A stretch of 52,220 bases of DNA from a virus (taxonomy: Duplodnaviria; Caudoviricetes): positions 1 through 52,220 of IMG/VR virus record IMGVR_UViG_3300014962_000011; one strand, 5' to 3'. This document shows positions 8,990 to 17,168 of this stretch, one piece after another (the first letter of the stretch is position 1; every line of letters begins with the position of its first letter). Made by a program: the position numbers and the translations under genes. Below the pieces are notes generated by a model. That model was not told the DNA's origin, made no database searches, and saw only the letters and a program-made list of their open reading frames with translations.

Positions 8990-9322
8990 ATGCCACAAAC
9001 ACCAGAGTACATACGGGAGAGGGCGGACAATGTCGCCAATGAAATAGTTTGGGATGAATTAGGTCACCTATTCTCCAACAACAACGATGAAGCAGCAAAC
9101 GCAAAGGCTGCATGTGTGCAAGCAGCGATAAAAGGCGCTACCGACGAGCGCGAACTGTGGATGGAGTTTCACCAATGGGCCTATGATAATGAGTGGCGCA
9201 TGAGTACGCACCAATCAGGTATGTGGTATCATCCAAATACACCTTATATCTCGACGGAGCGTCTATTCAATTTATTCCTTCAACACAAAAACACAAAAGA
9301 CAAAAACGATCAAAATGGATAA
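8990..9322 (+). CDS. hypothetical phage protein
   Basis: ATG 8990 immediately after the upstream stop. Confidence 0.55.
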   Translation: MPQTPEYIRERADNVANEIVWDELGHLFSNNNDEAANAKAACVQAAIKGATDERELWMEFHQWAYDNEWRMSTHQSGMWYHPNTPYISTERLFNLFLQHKNTKDKNDQNG

Positions 9323-9812
9323 GAAAAAATGCACCTGCGATTTATGCAAAGAATATGACAAGCATAAATGGGATACAATAAAAGACTGTAAGTGCTTTTG
9401 CCATGAATCAGACGACGTATGCGGGCACGAATCATTGTGCTGCGAGTATCCTAACGGCAAGAAAAAGGACAACCCATATATCCGCGCAGAAAACGAAATA
9501 ACACTGTCCACCACAGACCTACCCACTCCCGATGTCCCCGACATGAATGTCGGAGAGATACCCGCCCACGTCAAAGCGGCGATAGATGGGGAGTACCCGT
9601 ATTGGGAGTATCGTGACCAGCCCATACAACAGGGAAAGGCGAACGCCCGAGTTGACCAGATACGCAAGGCTATGGAGAAGGGATACCAGATGGCGATGGG
9701 TGGCGATGACGCCTTCGATTCGCTCATGGAAGATATAGGGCTAGAGTTTTCAACGCACATGAAAGAGATGAAAGCAAAGTATAGTGTAACATTCAAAAAC
9801 AGGGAGAAATGA
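9315..9812 (+). CDS. hypothetical protein with Cys-rich N-terminus
   Basis: CTCDLC...CKCFCH...CGHESLCC. Confidence 0.6.
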   Translation: MDKKKCTCDLCKEYDKHKWDTIKDCKCFCHESDDVCGHESLCCEYPNGKKKDNPYIRAENEITLSTTDLPTPDVPDMNVGEIPAHVKAAIDGEYPYWEYRDQPIQQGKANARVDQIRKAMEKGYQMAMGGDDAFDSLMEDIGLEFSTHMKEMKAKYSVTFKNREK

Positions 9813-10042
9813 GCCAATATTTTAACTGGAAAGAGTACGGCACCGAAATAATCACGGGCGGCCCGAGAGAATATGCGACCGAGGCCAAACCTTATGTATC
9901 GGCTAAGCCTACAAGAAACAGAAACGAATACGCCCGCAACTATTACTACGCAAGGCGTGAAGAACTTAACGCAAAAGCAGCGCAAAGATACCATGACAAT
10001 AAGAGAGCAAAGGATATTGGAACTGCAAAGAAAGCAGCATAA
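9809..10042 (+). CDS. hypothetical basic protein
   Basis: ATGA overlap. Confidence 0.55.
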   Translation: MSQYFNWKEYGTEIITGGPREYATEAKPYVSAKPTRNRNEYARNYYYARREELNAKAAQRYHDNKRAKDIGTAKKAA

Positions 10043-10220
10043 GCAGCCCAATTACAGCCACGAGGAAATATCTGACAGGCTAGAGCGCTGCGCGTTAAAG
10101 CTGCACATGCAGGAACACGTTTCGGCAAATGCTATGGGCAACAATCTAACCGCTGCGGATCGTGAGCACTTCAAAGACATACTGCTATTTATTGACAGCG
10201 TTAAAAAGAAAGCATCATAA
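9993..10220 (+). CDS. hypothetical protein
   Basis: Likely start ATG 9993. Confidence 0.45.
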   Translation: MTIREQRILELQRKQHKQPNYSHEEISDRLERCALKLHMQEHVSANAMGNNLTAADREHFKDILLFIDSVKKKAS

Positions 10221-10232
10221 TCACAAATAAAA

Positions 10233-10427
10233 TTGAATGAAATGAGTGTATATACCGTATTCTTTCGCGTAGGTGACAAGAAGCTAAAGAAAGATGTTAT
10301 CGCAGACACAGAGGAACAGGCTAAAAAGAAGATAATCGACAGCTTGCGATTCGACAGGGTTGAAATGTATGTTGTAAAGCCAGAGGATAAGGACTTTATC
10401 GATAAGCTAATGAGTATCTTTAGATAA
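10233..10427 (+). CDS. hypothetical phage protein
   Basis: VIADTEEQAKKKI pattern; start uncertain. Confidence 0.6.
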   Translation: MNEMSVYTVFFRVGDKKLKKDVIADTEEQAKKKIIDSLRFDRVEMYVVKPEDKDFIDKLMSIFR

Positions 10428-10487
10428 CCCCCTCCGAGTAGAGCAGGGAGGGGAAAGAATATTTCTGAAAAATAATTTTTGAAATTG

Positions 10488-10518
10488 TTTGCAAATTCAA
10501 AATAAAGTTGTATCTTTG
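10488..10518 (+). promoter_or_regulatory. Bacteroidota primary-sigma promoter
   Basis: -33 TTTG (10488-10491), 19-nt spacer, -7 TATCTTTG (10511-10518); AT-rich upstream. Confidence 0.8.
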
Positions 10519-10559
10519 TGTTATCAAAGCAATTCCGCCGAGATAAAAAACTGTCAAAA

Positions 10560-10958
10560 ATGAAAATCAAACAAAGTGTTTGGAATCAAATTAGAAAGAT
10601 AGCCACAGCAAAGATTGGCGGCTATCAAATGAGGCTGGAGCTTGGCCAACGAGCATTCAACAGAACAGAAGACGTACCCGCTGAACTTAGGGGCGAAGCC
10701 TACTACAATAGACTTCACGAACTAGACGACGAATGCGGGGATTTAAGCGATTTGATTGATTGGGCAACCGCTAAAGGAGTAGACTATGAGCTTATTGACG
10801 GTAAGTTGCTACTTGACTTCTATGTTTACGACAAAGAAGAGCTTCGGGATAATCTACTTATTGAATTTGATGAGCAAGGGGAGATAATACAGGCCTATCT
10901 CACTGGGAATATGGAAGATGATAAAATACGCAACTGGAAAGAAATTGCATCAGCATAA
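10560..10958 (+). CDS. acidic hypothetical protein, first gene after the promoter
   Basis: Likely start ATG 10560 (MKIKQSV) with an A-rich initiation region. Confidence 0.65.
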   Translation: MKIKQSVWNQIRKIATAKIGGYQMRLELGQRAFNRTEDVPAELRGEAYYNRLHELDDECGDLSDLIDWATAKGVDYELIDGKLLLDFYVYDKEELRDNLLIEFDEQGEIIQAYLTGNMEDDKIRNWKEIASA

Positions 10959-11031
10959 AGTCCCTGTTTCCTGACAGTTCAGGCTTAGAACTCACCCCGC
11001 TCTGTTAATTCAGGCGGGGCTTCTAGGTGAT

Positions 11032-11223
11032 ATGAAGAAACAAAAACCAACGCACGGTGGAGCGCGTGAAGGCGCAGGCAGGCCGACAGATGACCCAAAG
11101 ACCAAAACGATCCGCGTAACAGAAACAGAGCATAAACTAGTGAAGGGGTATCGTACCAGCGACCACAAATCAGAAATACTAAAGCTGGCAGGCGTAACCA
11201 CCCCCAAGCGTAAAACTAAATAG
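11032..11223 (+). CDS. small DNA-binding protein (AT-hook-like GGAREGAGRP plus RHH-like strand)
   Basis: THGGAREGAGRP...TKTIRV. Confidence 0.65.
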   Translation: MKKQKPTHGGAREGAGRPTDDPKTKTIRVTETEHKLVKGYRTSDHKSEILKLAGVTTPKRKTK

Positions 11224-11224
11224 A

Positions 11225-11440
11225 ATGAAAGCTAAAGACTTTGTAAAGAAACATTATCCCGAAGCTGTTGCAGTAAAGCAGAGATTTGTCGGCATTCACG
11301 AAAGATACACTGGCTACATGATAAATCTGTCGCCGCAATGGGAGCATTATGCAGATGCAAGAACCGAGGCGAAGGCGTGGCAGGAGGCAAGAGAAAACAT
11401 AGAGCACGATTTAAAACAGGGAAACAACTTTAAGGCATGA
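11225..11440 (+). CDS. hypothetical phage protein
   Basis: Packed operon; paralog-like to 5233-5451. Confidence 0.6.
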   Translation: MKAKDFVKKHYPEAVAVKQRFVGIHERYTGYMINLSPQWEHYADARTEAKAWQEARENIEHDLKQGNNFKA

Positions 11441-11700
11441 AAGCGGAAATGAAGTACAGGGCAGAACAATCGAACTACGAACTTAGCCTATCAAAAATGG
11501 CTGGGAAAAATATTGTTGACGTGATAGGCTATGTATCTACCGATTTTGGCGAAGATGCGCCTGTATTCAAAACAACTAGAGTGGTATTTGAAGATGGCCA
11601 ATTGGTTAGATTTCAGGGCGAGCATGACATTGCATATATACCAGCAAATGATGGCGCAGATTGGCTAAGTGTTGATTTCTTAAATTCCCTAAATGATTAA
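11437..11700 (+). CDS. hypothetical phage protein
   Basis: ATGA overlap. Confidence 0.6.
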   Translation: MKAEMKYRAEQSNYELSLSKMAGKNIVDVIGYVSTDFGEDAPVFKTTRVVFEDGQLVRFQGEHDIAYIPANDGADWLSVDFLNSLND

Positions 11701-11702
11701 CC

Positions 11703-11918
11703 ATGACCAAGCTAAGCGACGCGCAGAAAGAGGTGATAAGGAAGATGCGGGAGGGGTATTTGGTTGTCGAAGATTTTTGGGGTGTCGTATGTGGATATTG
11801 GGACAGCAAGCGCATAAACAAGACTATTGATTGCCTAGAAAAAATAGGTGTCGTTTATAGGAAACAACATAGCAACATTTACACCCTCACCACTAAAGGC
11901 AAGAGCATAGAGTTATGA
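11703..11918 (+). CDS. winged-helix-like small protein
   Basis: LSDAQKEVI...LEKIGVV...YTLTTKG pattern. Confidence 0.55.
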   Translation: MTKLSDAQKEVIRKMREGYLVVEDFWGVVCGYWDSKRINKTIDCLEKIGVVYRKQHSNIYTLTTKGKSIEL

Positions 11919-12079
11919 AAGCATACGGAGTAAGAAAGCGGGACGATGAGTGCTGTCCGGGGCATAGCAAATATCCGTTGCCGGGTAAGCCGCACGGTCG
12001 CAAAAGCAAGCAGCAGAAGGCGGCAGATAAATCGCGTAAGGCAAAAGTTCGACATGTTAAAATCGATATTGGGAATTAG
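11915..12079 (+). CDS. 54-aa basic protein (below ORF-track cutoff)
   Basis: ATGA overlap; MKAYGVRKRDDECCPGH... Confidence 0.5.
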   Translation: MKAYGVRKRDDECCPGHSKYPLPGKPHGRKSKQQKAADKSRKAKVRHVKIDIGN

Positions 12080-12106
12080 ATATCGCGTAAAGAACCAATC
12101 AGAGAG

Positions 12107-12271
12107 ATGAAAACGTTTATAATCACTGTTGTATTTTTCGCAATGTCAAGCTGCATGCTAGCGATTGCGATTAAGCTGTATCAATATCAAATATTGTGGA
12201 TGTCAGCGCCCTGTTTTGTCTTATCCTATCTGTTCGCAAGAATGTTTTGGGAATGGACAAAAGAGTTATAA
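12107..12271 (+). CDS. 54-aa two-TM membrane peptide
   Basis: MKTFIITVVFFAMSSCMLAIAI...LWMSAPCFVLSYLFARMFW; ends at a terminator. Confidence 0.5.
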   Translation: MKTFIITVVFFAMSSCMLAIAIKLYQYQILWMSAPCFVLSYLFARMFWEWTKEL

Positions 12272-12273
12272 CC

Positions 12274-12299
12274 AAAAACCCGCCGAAGCGGGTCTATTT
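12274..12299. terminator. terminator at the convergence of early and late transcription
   Basis: aaaaacccgc-cgaa-gcgggt-ctattt. Confidence 0.7.
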
Positions 12300-12382
12300 A
12301 GAAAGTACTGCCAAGTCAATCGACCTGATAGCAATTTCGAGTCGGAGCACCAAAGTTACACCCTCCCTACCTTACAGCCAAA
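12274..12382 (-). ncRNA. candidate ~70-nt small RNA with its own promoter
   Basis: - strand TTTG (12379-12382), 20-nt spacer, TAACTTTG (12351-12358), then terminator 12274-12294; no ORF. Confidence 0.4.
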
Positions 12383-12383
12383 A

Positions 12384-12608
12384 CTATTTGATAGCCCTTT
12401 TGCACCAGCCTTTGAGATACTTTATCTGCGACGGGTTGCGGTCAACAATGCCGATGTAGTACCGCACTTTCTCCACCTTGAATTTCGCGTTAAATAGAGC
12501 CGTTTTAAGGCTGTCGTTCTGCCTGCGGTATATCTTGCAGGAATCTACTGTTTGCGCCTGTAATGACTGGCTAATGACCAGCAAAGCAACTATAATCGCC
12601 CATCTCAT
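12384..12608 (-). CDS. secreted small protein at the end of the lysis cassette
   Basis: Signal peptide SLQA|Q, coiled coil, two Cys; overlaps the endolysin stop. Confidence 0.6.
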   Translation of the reverse strand: MRWAIIVALLVISQSLQAQTVDSCKIYRRQNDSLKTALFNAKFKVEKVRYYIGIVDRNPSQIKYLKGWCKRAIK

Positions 12609-13018
12609 ATGCTAAACCCGTTTACGTTGTTCAATGCGTCTAATGCCGTCTGGCTCATAATGCCCGTTTCTGGCAATCCTAGAGCCTTCTGGCAAAGTGT
12701 GATTGCTGGCTTCACCCCGGCGTTAACTGCGAAATTTGCGATACTAGACGCACTCTCCTGACTATCTATGCCATCGCACCAGCACCTATCCCAATAGTTT
12801 GCCTTGTAGAAGTTTTTGAGCAGTGGGATTTCTGACGGCGGGAGCACATCGCCCACCTTCAGGCCAAGTTCCTTTACTCTGGCAAATATCGGGCTGTTAG
12901 GGTTCGCTTTTTGAGATACCCCGGCAACGGTAAAACCGCCCCGGTCATTCTGATCGTTAGTTATCTTGTAACTTTCGTCCTTCATTAATTCGTCAAAAAA
13001 AGGTTTGAAGTCTGCCAT
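12605..13018 (-). CDS. endolysin, glycoside hydrolase family 108
   Basis: DESY...NDQNDRGGFTVAGVS; FYKANYW; FAVNAG...CQKALG...GIMSQTAL. Confidence 0.85.
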   Translation of the reverse strand: MADFKPFFDELMKDESYKITNDQNDRGGFTVAGVSQKANPNSPIFARVKELGLKVGDVLPPSEIPLLKNFYKANYWDRCWCDGIDSQESASSIANFAVNAGVKPAITLCQKALGLPETGIMSQTALDALNNVNGFSI

Positions 13019-13040
13019 TTGCGATTGTTTTGTATATTTT

Positions 13041-13598
13041 CTACACCCGTATTAACCCTAAATTGCACCCCCTCCAAATAATCAAGTCAACCGTGTGTTT
13101 TGTTTCTCCTGTTATTTTTGATATTTCATCACAAAGGCCATCTGGCGTCATGTTGTATGCGTTAGCAACCCTTACAAGCCACCTGTCTGGCTTCACGACA
13201 TTAAGTCCTAAGTTTTTAGCTAAGTGCCAACAAGTAATGTCGCCAATCCACGGCAAAGACTTTAGATATTCAACCTTATTTTCCGAGTTTTTATACTCTT
13301 CGAAAAGCCTTATGCTGCAATTCATTATGTGGTCGATAGCGGCAACTTTTCCTTTGTGATTAAATGCGGATGATGTCGATTTTCCATTACTCCACGCAGC
13401 ACGTATTTTGTCCCATATTTTTTGGGCAATCTGGTTTTTCATACCCGAATTTAGTATAACCCAAACCGCTTCGTTGGCAAAAATGTTATGGTCGCTACAT
13501 TGCTCTATGTTCCTAGACCAAGATATTTCGGCCTCATAGCCGCACGACGTCAGCGTTTCCGTTAACGCCTGAAACTGTATTTTGTCTAACAAATTCAC
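13041..13598 (-). CDS. HhH-GPD superfamily DNA glycosylase-like protein
   Basis: HhH motif LKSLPWIGDIT followed by LGLNVVKPDRWLVR and C-terminal VDLIIW. Confidence 0.6.
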   Translation of the reverse strand: MNLLDKIQFQALTETLTSCGYEAEISWSRNIEQCSDHNIFANEAVWVILNSGMKNQIAQKIWDKIRAAWSNGKSTSSAFNHKGKVAAIDHIMNCSIRLFEEYKNSENKVEYLKSLPWIGDITCWHLAKNLGLNVVKPDRWLVRVANAYNMTPDGLCDEISKITGETKHTVDLIIWRGCNLGLIRV

Positions 13599-13609
13599 TT
13601 TATATACAG

Positions 13610-13632
13610 AGCAGCTTCACGGCTGCTTTTTT
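13610..13632 (+). terminator. intrinsic terminator (antisense to the late operon)
   Basis: agcagc-ttcacg-gctgct followed by a T run. Confidence 0.55.
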
Positions 13633-13668
13633 GTTTTTATCTTATTCCTGCGTCTCTCATAATTTCGT

Positions 13669-13777
13669 TATCTTTGTGCCAGCGATTTGCTTTAATTGTC
13701 CCGCCTGAACAACGGGGGCCGAAAGTCTAGAAGTTTCACATACGGCGGTGGGGTGCTTGGCAACCTGCCGCTTTTTT
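13669..13777 (+). ncRNA. candidate ~95-nt antisense small RNA
   Basis: -7 box TATCTTTG 13669-13676; terminator gcggtgg...cctgccgc plus T6 ending 13777; no ORF. Confidence 0.4.
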
Positions 13778-13862
13778 AATACCGTCTTTTCATCAACCTA
13801 CCAACCAGCAACACCAGCAGCGCACACGCTATCACGATATTGCCCTTGTCGTATGGGGTCAT
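13776..13862 (-). CDS. 28-aa single-TM peptide
   Basis: MTPYDKGNIVIACALLVLLVGRLMKRRY; start overlaps the spanin stop. Confidence 0.4.
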   Translation of the reverse strand: MTPYDKGNIVIACALLVLLVGRLMKRRY

Positions 13863-14416
13863 TACCATTTCGGTTTAAAAAACTTCCAAACAAGTACCAG
13901 GATAACCAGCAGTAAGAGTATACCCCATGTCCATAGTGCTCTACCTCTCCATTTCCCTACTTTCTCTTTGTATTCGTCCCGCTCCCTATTAGCAGTAGCC
14001 ACATCACTCCGCAAAGCATCATTGTGCAGCGTAAGGGCGCGTATTCTGGCTTCATTCTCAGCGTGTATGGTGGTACTATCCAAAACCGTATCAACACGGT
14101 AAATAATGACCTGTGGCGGACACTTGATTTGTAGCTTGGTTTTAGTTGCTTCATCCCATGTCGCTTTAACAAAGCTGTCGCAGTCGGCCTCTACATAAAC
14201 GGTTTCTCCGGTCACGGTATCGGTCTTGCCCTGCTTCCATTTGATAACGCGCACTGTGTCTACCCTGTTAGGATACCATGACGCGCATTTCTCAGCTGGT
14301 ATAGCCTTTTTACGGGGGTTGTCGCTTGCCTCTAGCCGATCGTGGCCGCGTTCCATTTGCTTGGCAGGATTGCACGCTATAAGCGTAAGCAGTAGTATGT
14401 AGATTATGTGTTTCAT
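13862..14416 (-). CDS. unimolecular spanin (u-spanin)
   Basis: True start ATG 14416 (MKHIIYILLLTLIAC lipobox), beta-rich middle, coiled coil, C-terminal TM LWTWGILLLLVILVLVW. Confidence 0.7.
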   Translation of the reverse strand: MKHIIYILLLTLIACNPAKQMERGHDRLEASDNPRKKAIPAEKCASWYPNRVDTVRVIKWKQGKTDTVTGETVYVEADCDSFVKATWDEATKTKLQIKCPPQVIIYRVDTVLDSTTIHAENEARIRALTLHNDALRSDVATANRERDEYKEKVGKWRGRALWTWGILLLLVILVLVWKFFKPKW

Positions 14417-14892
14417 GCGTCTGGCTTTGGTTCGTCTTTGGGTTGCGGTGGCGGGGCTTGCCTGCTGAATATCCCGGCTATTTCTGTTGACTTCACGATA
14501 CCAAGCACCACGGCTGCATACAATAGCACATAGCCCAGCTGTGTAGTGTCCAATACCTGCTTTCTTACACAATGGTAAGTAAACGCGTAAAGCACCGCCA
14601 CGGTAGATATATACCCTATAAGCCTGAACCCACTTGGCGATGTTACGCCGTGCTTTGTCTCGGATAGGCACTTGCTCACAAAGTCCCATTTCCACACATT
14701 GAACGCAGTAAATGCCAGCCAGAACGCACCGAACAGGCACATACCAAGATAGCCCATACGGAGCGCGAATAAGCCTTTACCACCCCATTGTGCCGGGGCC
14801 TGCTGAATAAGGCTGTCCACGTCAGACGCGAACACAGAATTACCTATCAACATCAGACAGGCGAACAATAGTATTTTGTAGATTGGTTTCAT
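14413..14892 (-). CDS. multi-TM membrane protein, holin/antiholin-like
   Basis: Signal-like N-terminus plus three hydrophobic segments; in the lysis region. Confidence 0.55.
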   Translation of the reverse strand: MKPIYKILLFACLMLIGNSVFASDVDSLIQQAPAQWGGKGLFALRMGYLGMCLFGAFWLAFTAFNVWKWDFVSKCLSETKHGVTSPSGFRLIGYISTVAVLYAFTYHCVRKQVLDTTQLGYVLLYAAVVLGIVKSTEIAGIFSRQAPPPQPKDEPKPDA

Positions 14893-14893
14893 T

Positions 14894-15091
14894 TTACCTT
14901 CTCTTTAAAAATTTATATAGCTTATACCCATAGCTGATAAGCGCACACATACCCGCAATAGTTGCAAGCCACTTATTTACATCATCATGGGTCAAGGATG
15001 CTAAATAGCCGAAAAAAGCTGTCCCGCAAACTAGTATAAGGCTTTGTGCGCTCGGCCTCGGAATCTCATGTACAAACTCGTTAAAACTCAT
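14894..15091 (-). CDS. putative holin
   Basis: 65 aa, two TM segments, basic C-terminus YKLYKFLKRR. Confidence 0.55.
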   Translation of the reverse strand: MSFNEFVHEIPRPSAQSLILVCGTAFFGYLASLTHDDVNKWLATIAGMCALISYGYKLYKFLKRR

Positions 15092-15417
15092 TTCTTATTT
15101 ATTCTATCATAAACAAACGATATCAGTATTGCGAACCCATGCCATCCAGCTTTGGCCCATCCATACCCATAAGGCATATGATACAGGTCTACAAGCTCAC
15201 CACATGCCCACAAAAACGCAAGCAAAGTATACCAACGGCTCCGCAACAGAAATATCCATAGACACAGACTTATAAAGCTCAAATCCAGAAACAAATCACT
15301 TTGCAACCGCGAAGCCTCAAAACCCATCCATACGGATAAGCCCATTGCATATAGCAGCCAGTTACGCATTAGTGGGTCTTGGTCTGCGAATATGTCCAAA
15401 TCCGAACGGCAACTCAC
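15088..15417 (-). CDS. membrane protein
   Basis: About four hydrophobic segments; start may be MRNW at 15369. Confidence 0.55.
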   Translation of the reverse strand: MSCRSDLDIFADQDPLMRNWLLYAMGLSVWMGFEASRLQSDLFLDLSFISLCLWIFLLRSRWYTLLAFLWACGELVDLYHMPYGYGWAKAGWHGFAILISFVYDRINKK

Positions 15418-15736
15418 ATGGGCCGCCGTCCTCCGCCTTCACAGTATAGGTGTGCGTTACAGCTTCCTCCCCTTCACCCTCCGTCCACTGGCAAGTAATG
15501 TCCAGACGCTGCCCATACCTCTTTATCTTTTGTATCTCCGCCGGATCGCCATCGCTGTTATAAACAATCACGCTATCACCCAGCAGCCTACCCATTTCAG
15601 GCATAGTCAATGGGTTTGTCCACTGAACAGATACGTCATTTACATGCGTAACTATGTCGGTAAGAATATCGTGAAATTTGTCCGCCGGATATACGGCAAC
15701 ATGGTAATCTAATCTGATGCAATTGTTTGAGCACAT
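15362..15736 (-). CDS. hypothetical protein
   Basis: Co-oriented with the late operon; A-rich initiation region. Confidence 0.6.
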   Translation of the reverse strand: MCSNNCIRLDYHVAVYPADKFHDILTDIVTHVNDVSVQWTNPLTMPEMGRLLGDSVIVYNSDGDPAEIQKIKRYGQRLDITCQWTEGEGEEAVTHTYTVKAEDGGPCELPFGFGHIRRPRPTNA

Positions 15737-15761
15737 AATCTTTGTTTTTATTGGTTAGTAA

Positions 15762-16472
15762 TTAATGAACCGGGACAATTTTTAAATAAGTACTGCCGCC
15801 GGTGGTTGTCTTGTATAGCGTATTTGATTCTGCACCATCTGCAATGGCCGCCGCGTCATCGTCATATTCCGGGACGCCAGGCAGATATATTGTGCCAGAT
15901 GTGATAGTGAGGTATGGTGTCGAGAAGGTAACGCCGCCGGGAGCAGTAAATGTTATGGCTTGACCCGACCCATCCATAAAAACGGTAGTGCCATTAACTG
16001 ATGTAGTAACTGCGGGTGTTACATTGTCCCACGCCGTCGTTGCACCTCCATACCCCGCGGTCGTAGTCTGAGCGTTAACATCTCCAAATAGAATACTTGT
16101 CGCCCCGGCAGCTATGTTTACACTGGTCGGGGCCGCACTCATTCCGCTACCCTCCTGAGCTGTTAGTATAAGGAATAGGCTATTTTGTATCGCTAACGCG
16201 TGCCCGTCACAGTCAACCGTTCTATCCCCCTCCAGCGTTCCGTCGCCTGTGTAGATTGTGGTGGAGCCGGAGCCGCCGTGTTCTGCGACATACGCCTGCA
16301 TTTCTGCCACAGTAGGAAACCAGCAAAGGGTGTCGCGCGTTCCGTTGGCATTTATCCTGATTTTAGCCCTTACAGGAACTTCGTATCCGCTTACGTTATC
16401 ATTAGCGCATGTCCCCTGCCCGAACGTTGTCGCGGCTGTTAGAAGAAAGAGTAGGGTTAGTAGGTGTTTCAT
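15762..16472 (-). CDS. signal-peptide-bearing fibre-like protein
   Basis: MKHLLTLLFLLTAATTFG|Q; Thr/Gly-rich beta repeats; C-terminal PEYDDDAAAIADG...LYKT...LKIV motif typical of fibre-like proteins. Confidence 0.6.
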   Translation of the reverse strand: MKHLLTLLFLLTAATTFGQGTCANDNVSGYEVPVRAKIRINANGTRDTLCWFPTVAEMQAYVAEHGGSGSTTIYTGDGTLEGDRTVDCDGHALAIQNSLFLILTAQEGSGMSAAPTSVNIAAGATSILFGDVNAQTTTAGYGGATTAWDNVTPAVTTSVNGTTVFMDGSGQAITFTAPGGVTFSTPYLTITSGTIYLPGVPEYDDDAAAIADGAESNTLYKTTTGGSTYLKIVPVH

Positions 16473-16484
16473 TGTTATGTCGAT

Positions 16485-17168
16485 TTAAAATAGTCCTGCA
16501 TTATATCCGTATGGCACACTATAAGTAAAAGGAGATGCCCCAAAGTTTGCTGAAACCTGAATACCAGGTTGTGCGTTGCTATCCCCAATGCCCCATGCTG
16601 CATATATGGTATTGCCCGAAAGCCCCGTGCTATAAGCCGCGCCAATTTTAGCGCTCCCGCTCCAAGGTATGCCCCCGCCAACCCAACCAGAAGAATTTCT
16701 GAAGTAGACAGCGCCATTATCCATATCCAACGCCACGCCAACAACCTCTCCATCTGTAAAGCCGGTGCCATATCCTTGCAACCCGGGCGGCGTGTGCCAC
16801 CTATCTCCAGTATAGTAGTACCCCCAGCCAGCATTGTTACCCCCAAGAAACTGATTGAGGTTAACGGTGCTGAGCGCTATGCCCACAAAACCATATGTAA
16901 CCCCGGTTGACCATACTATTTCCCAATACCATTTGCCGCTTGTTTCTCCAACGGTAGAGATGCCGCATCGGCTTAATCCTACTGGTACATTTACAACAAG
17001 GTCGCCCCCGCTAAGCGTTACGCTGCCACCCTGCTTTGCCGGGTCCCATGTAGAACAAACAGTGCATGTTGTTGCCGCCTGCACTTGTCCGAATGGTATA
17101 GGCGGCATGATCTGCGCATGGATCGACAGGCTAAACAATATTGCAAGTATGTATAGTATCCGTTTCAT
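16485..17168 (-). CDS. signal-peptide-bearing SPRY/B30.2 (ConA-like) domain protein, putative receptor-binding
   Basis: SIHA|Q; SGKWYWEI...VGIA...GWGYY...GEVVGVALDMDNGAVYF...ANFG. Confidence 0.75.
   Translation of the reverse strand: MKRILYILAILFSLSIHAQIMPPIPFGQVQAATTCTVCSTWDPAKQGGSVTLSGGDLVVNVPVGLSRCGISTVGETSGKWYWEIVWSTGVTYGFVGIALSTVNLNQFLGGNNAGWGYYYTGDRWHTPPGLQGYGTGFTDGEVVGVALDMDNGAVYFRNSSGWVGGGIPWSGSAKIGAAYSTGLSGNTIYAAWGIGDSNAQPGIQVSANFGASPFTYSVPYGYNAGLF

Noticed and set aside
6800-9000. Invertible segment controlled by the second recombinase
   Set aside because: No flanking inverted or direct repeats found by eye; a computational repeat scan is needed to exclude it.
9272-10570. Long - strand ORFs (259 aa, 172 aa)
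   Set aside because: Shadows of tightly coupled + strand genes with no recognisable motifs.
13697-13730. Hammerhead ribozyme (ctga...gaaa)
   Set aside because: Lacks the CUGANGA core and the required three stems.
14417-14740. N-terminal extension of the spanin ORF
   Set aside because: Overlaps the 14413-14892 gene; the lipoprotein signal starts at 14416.
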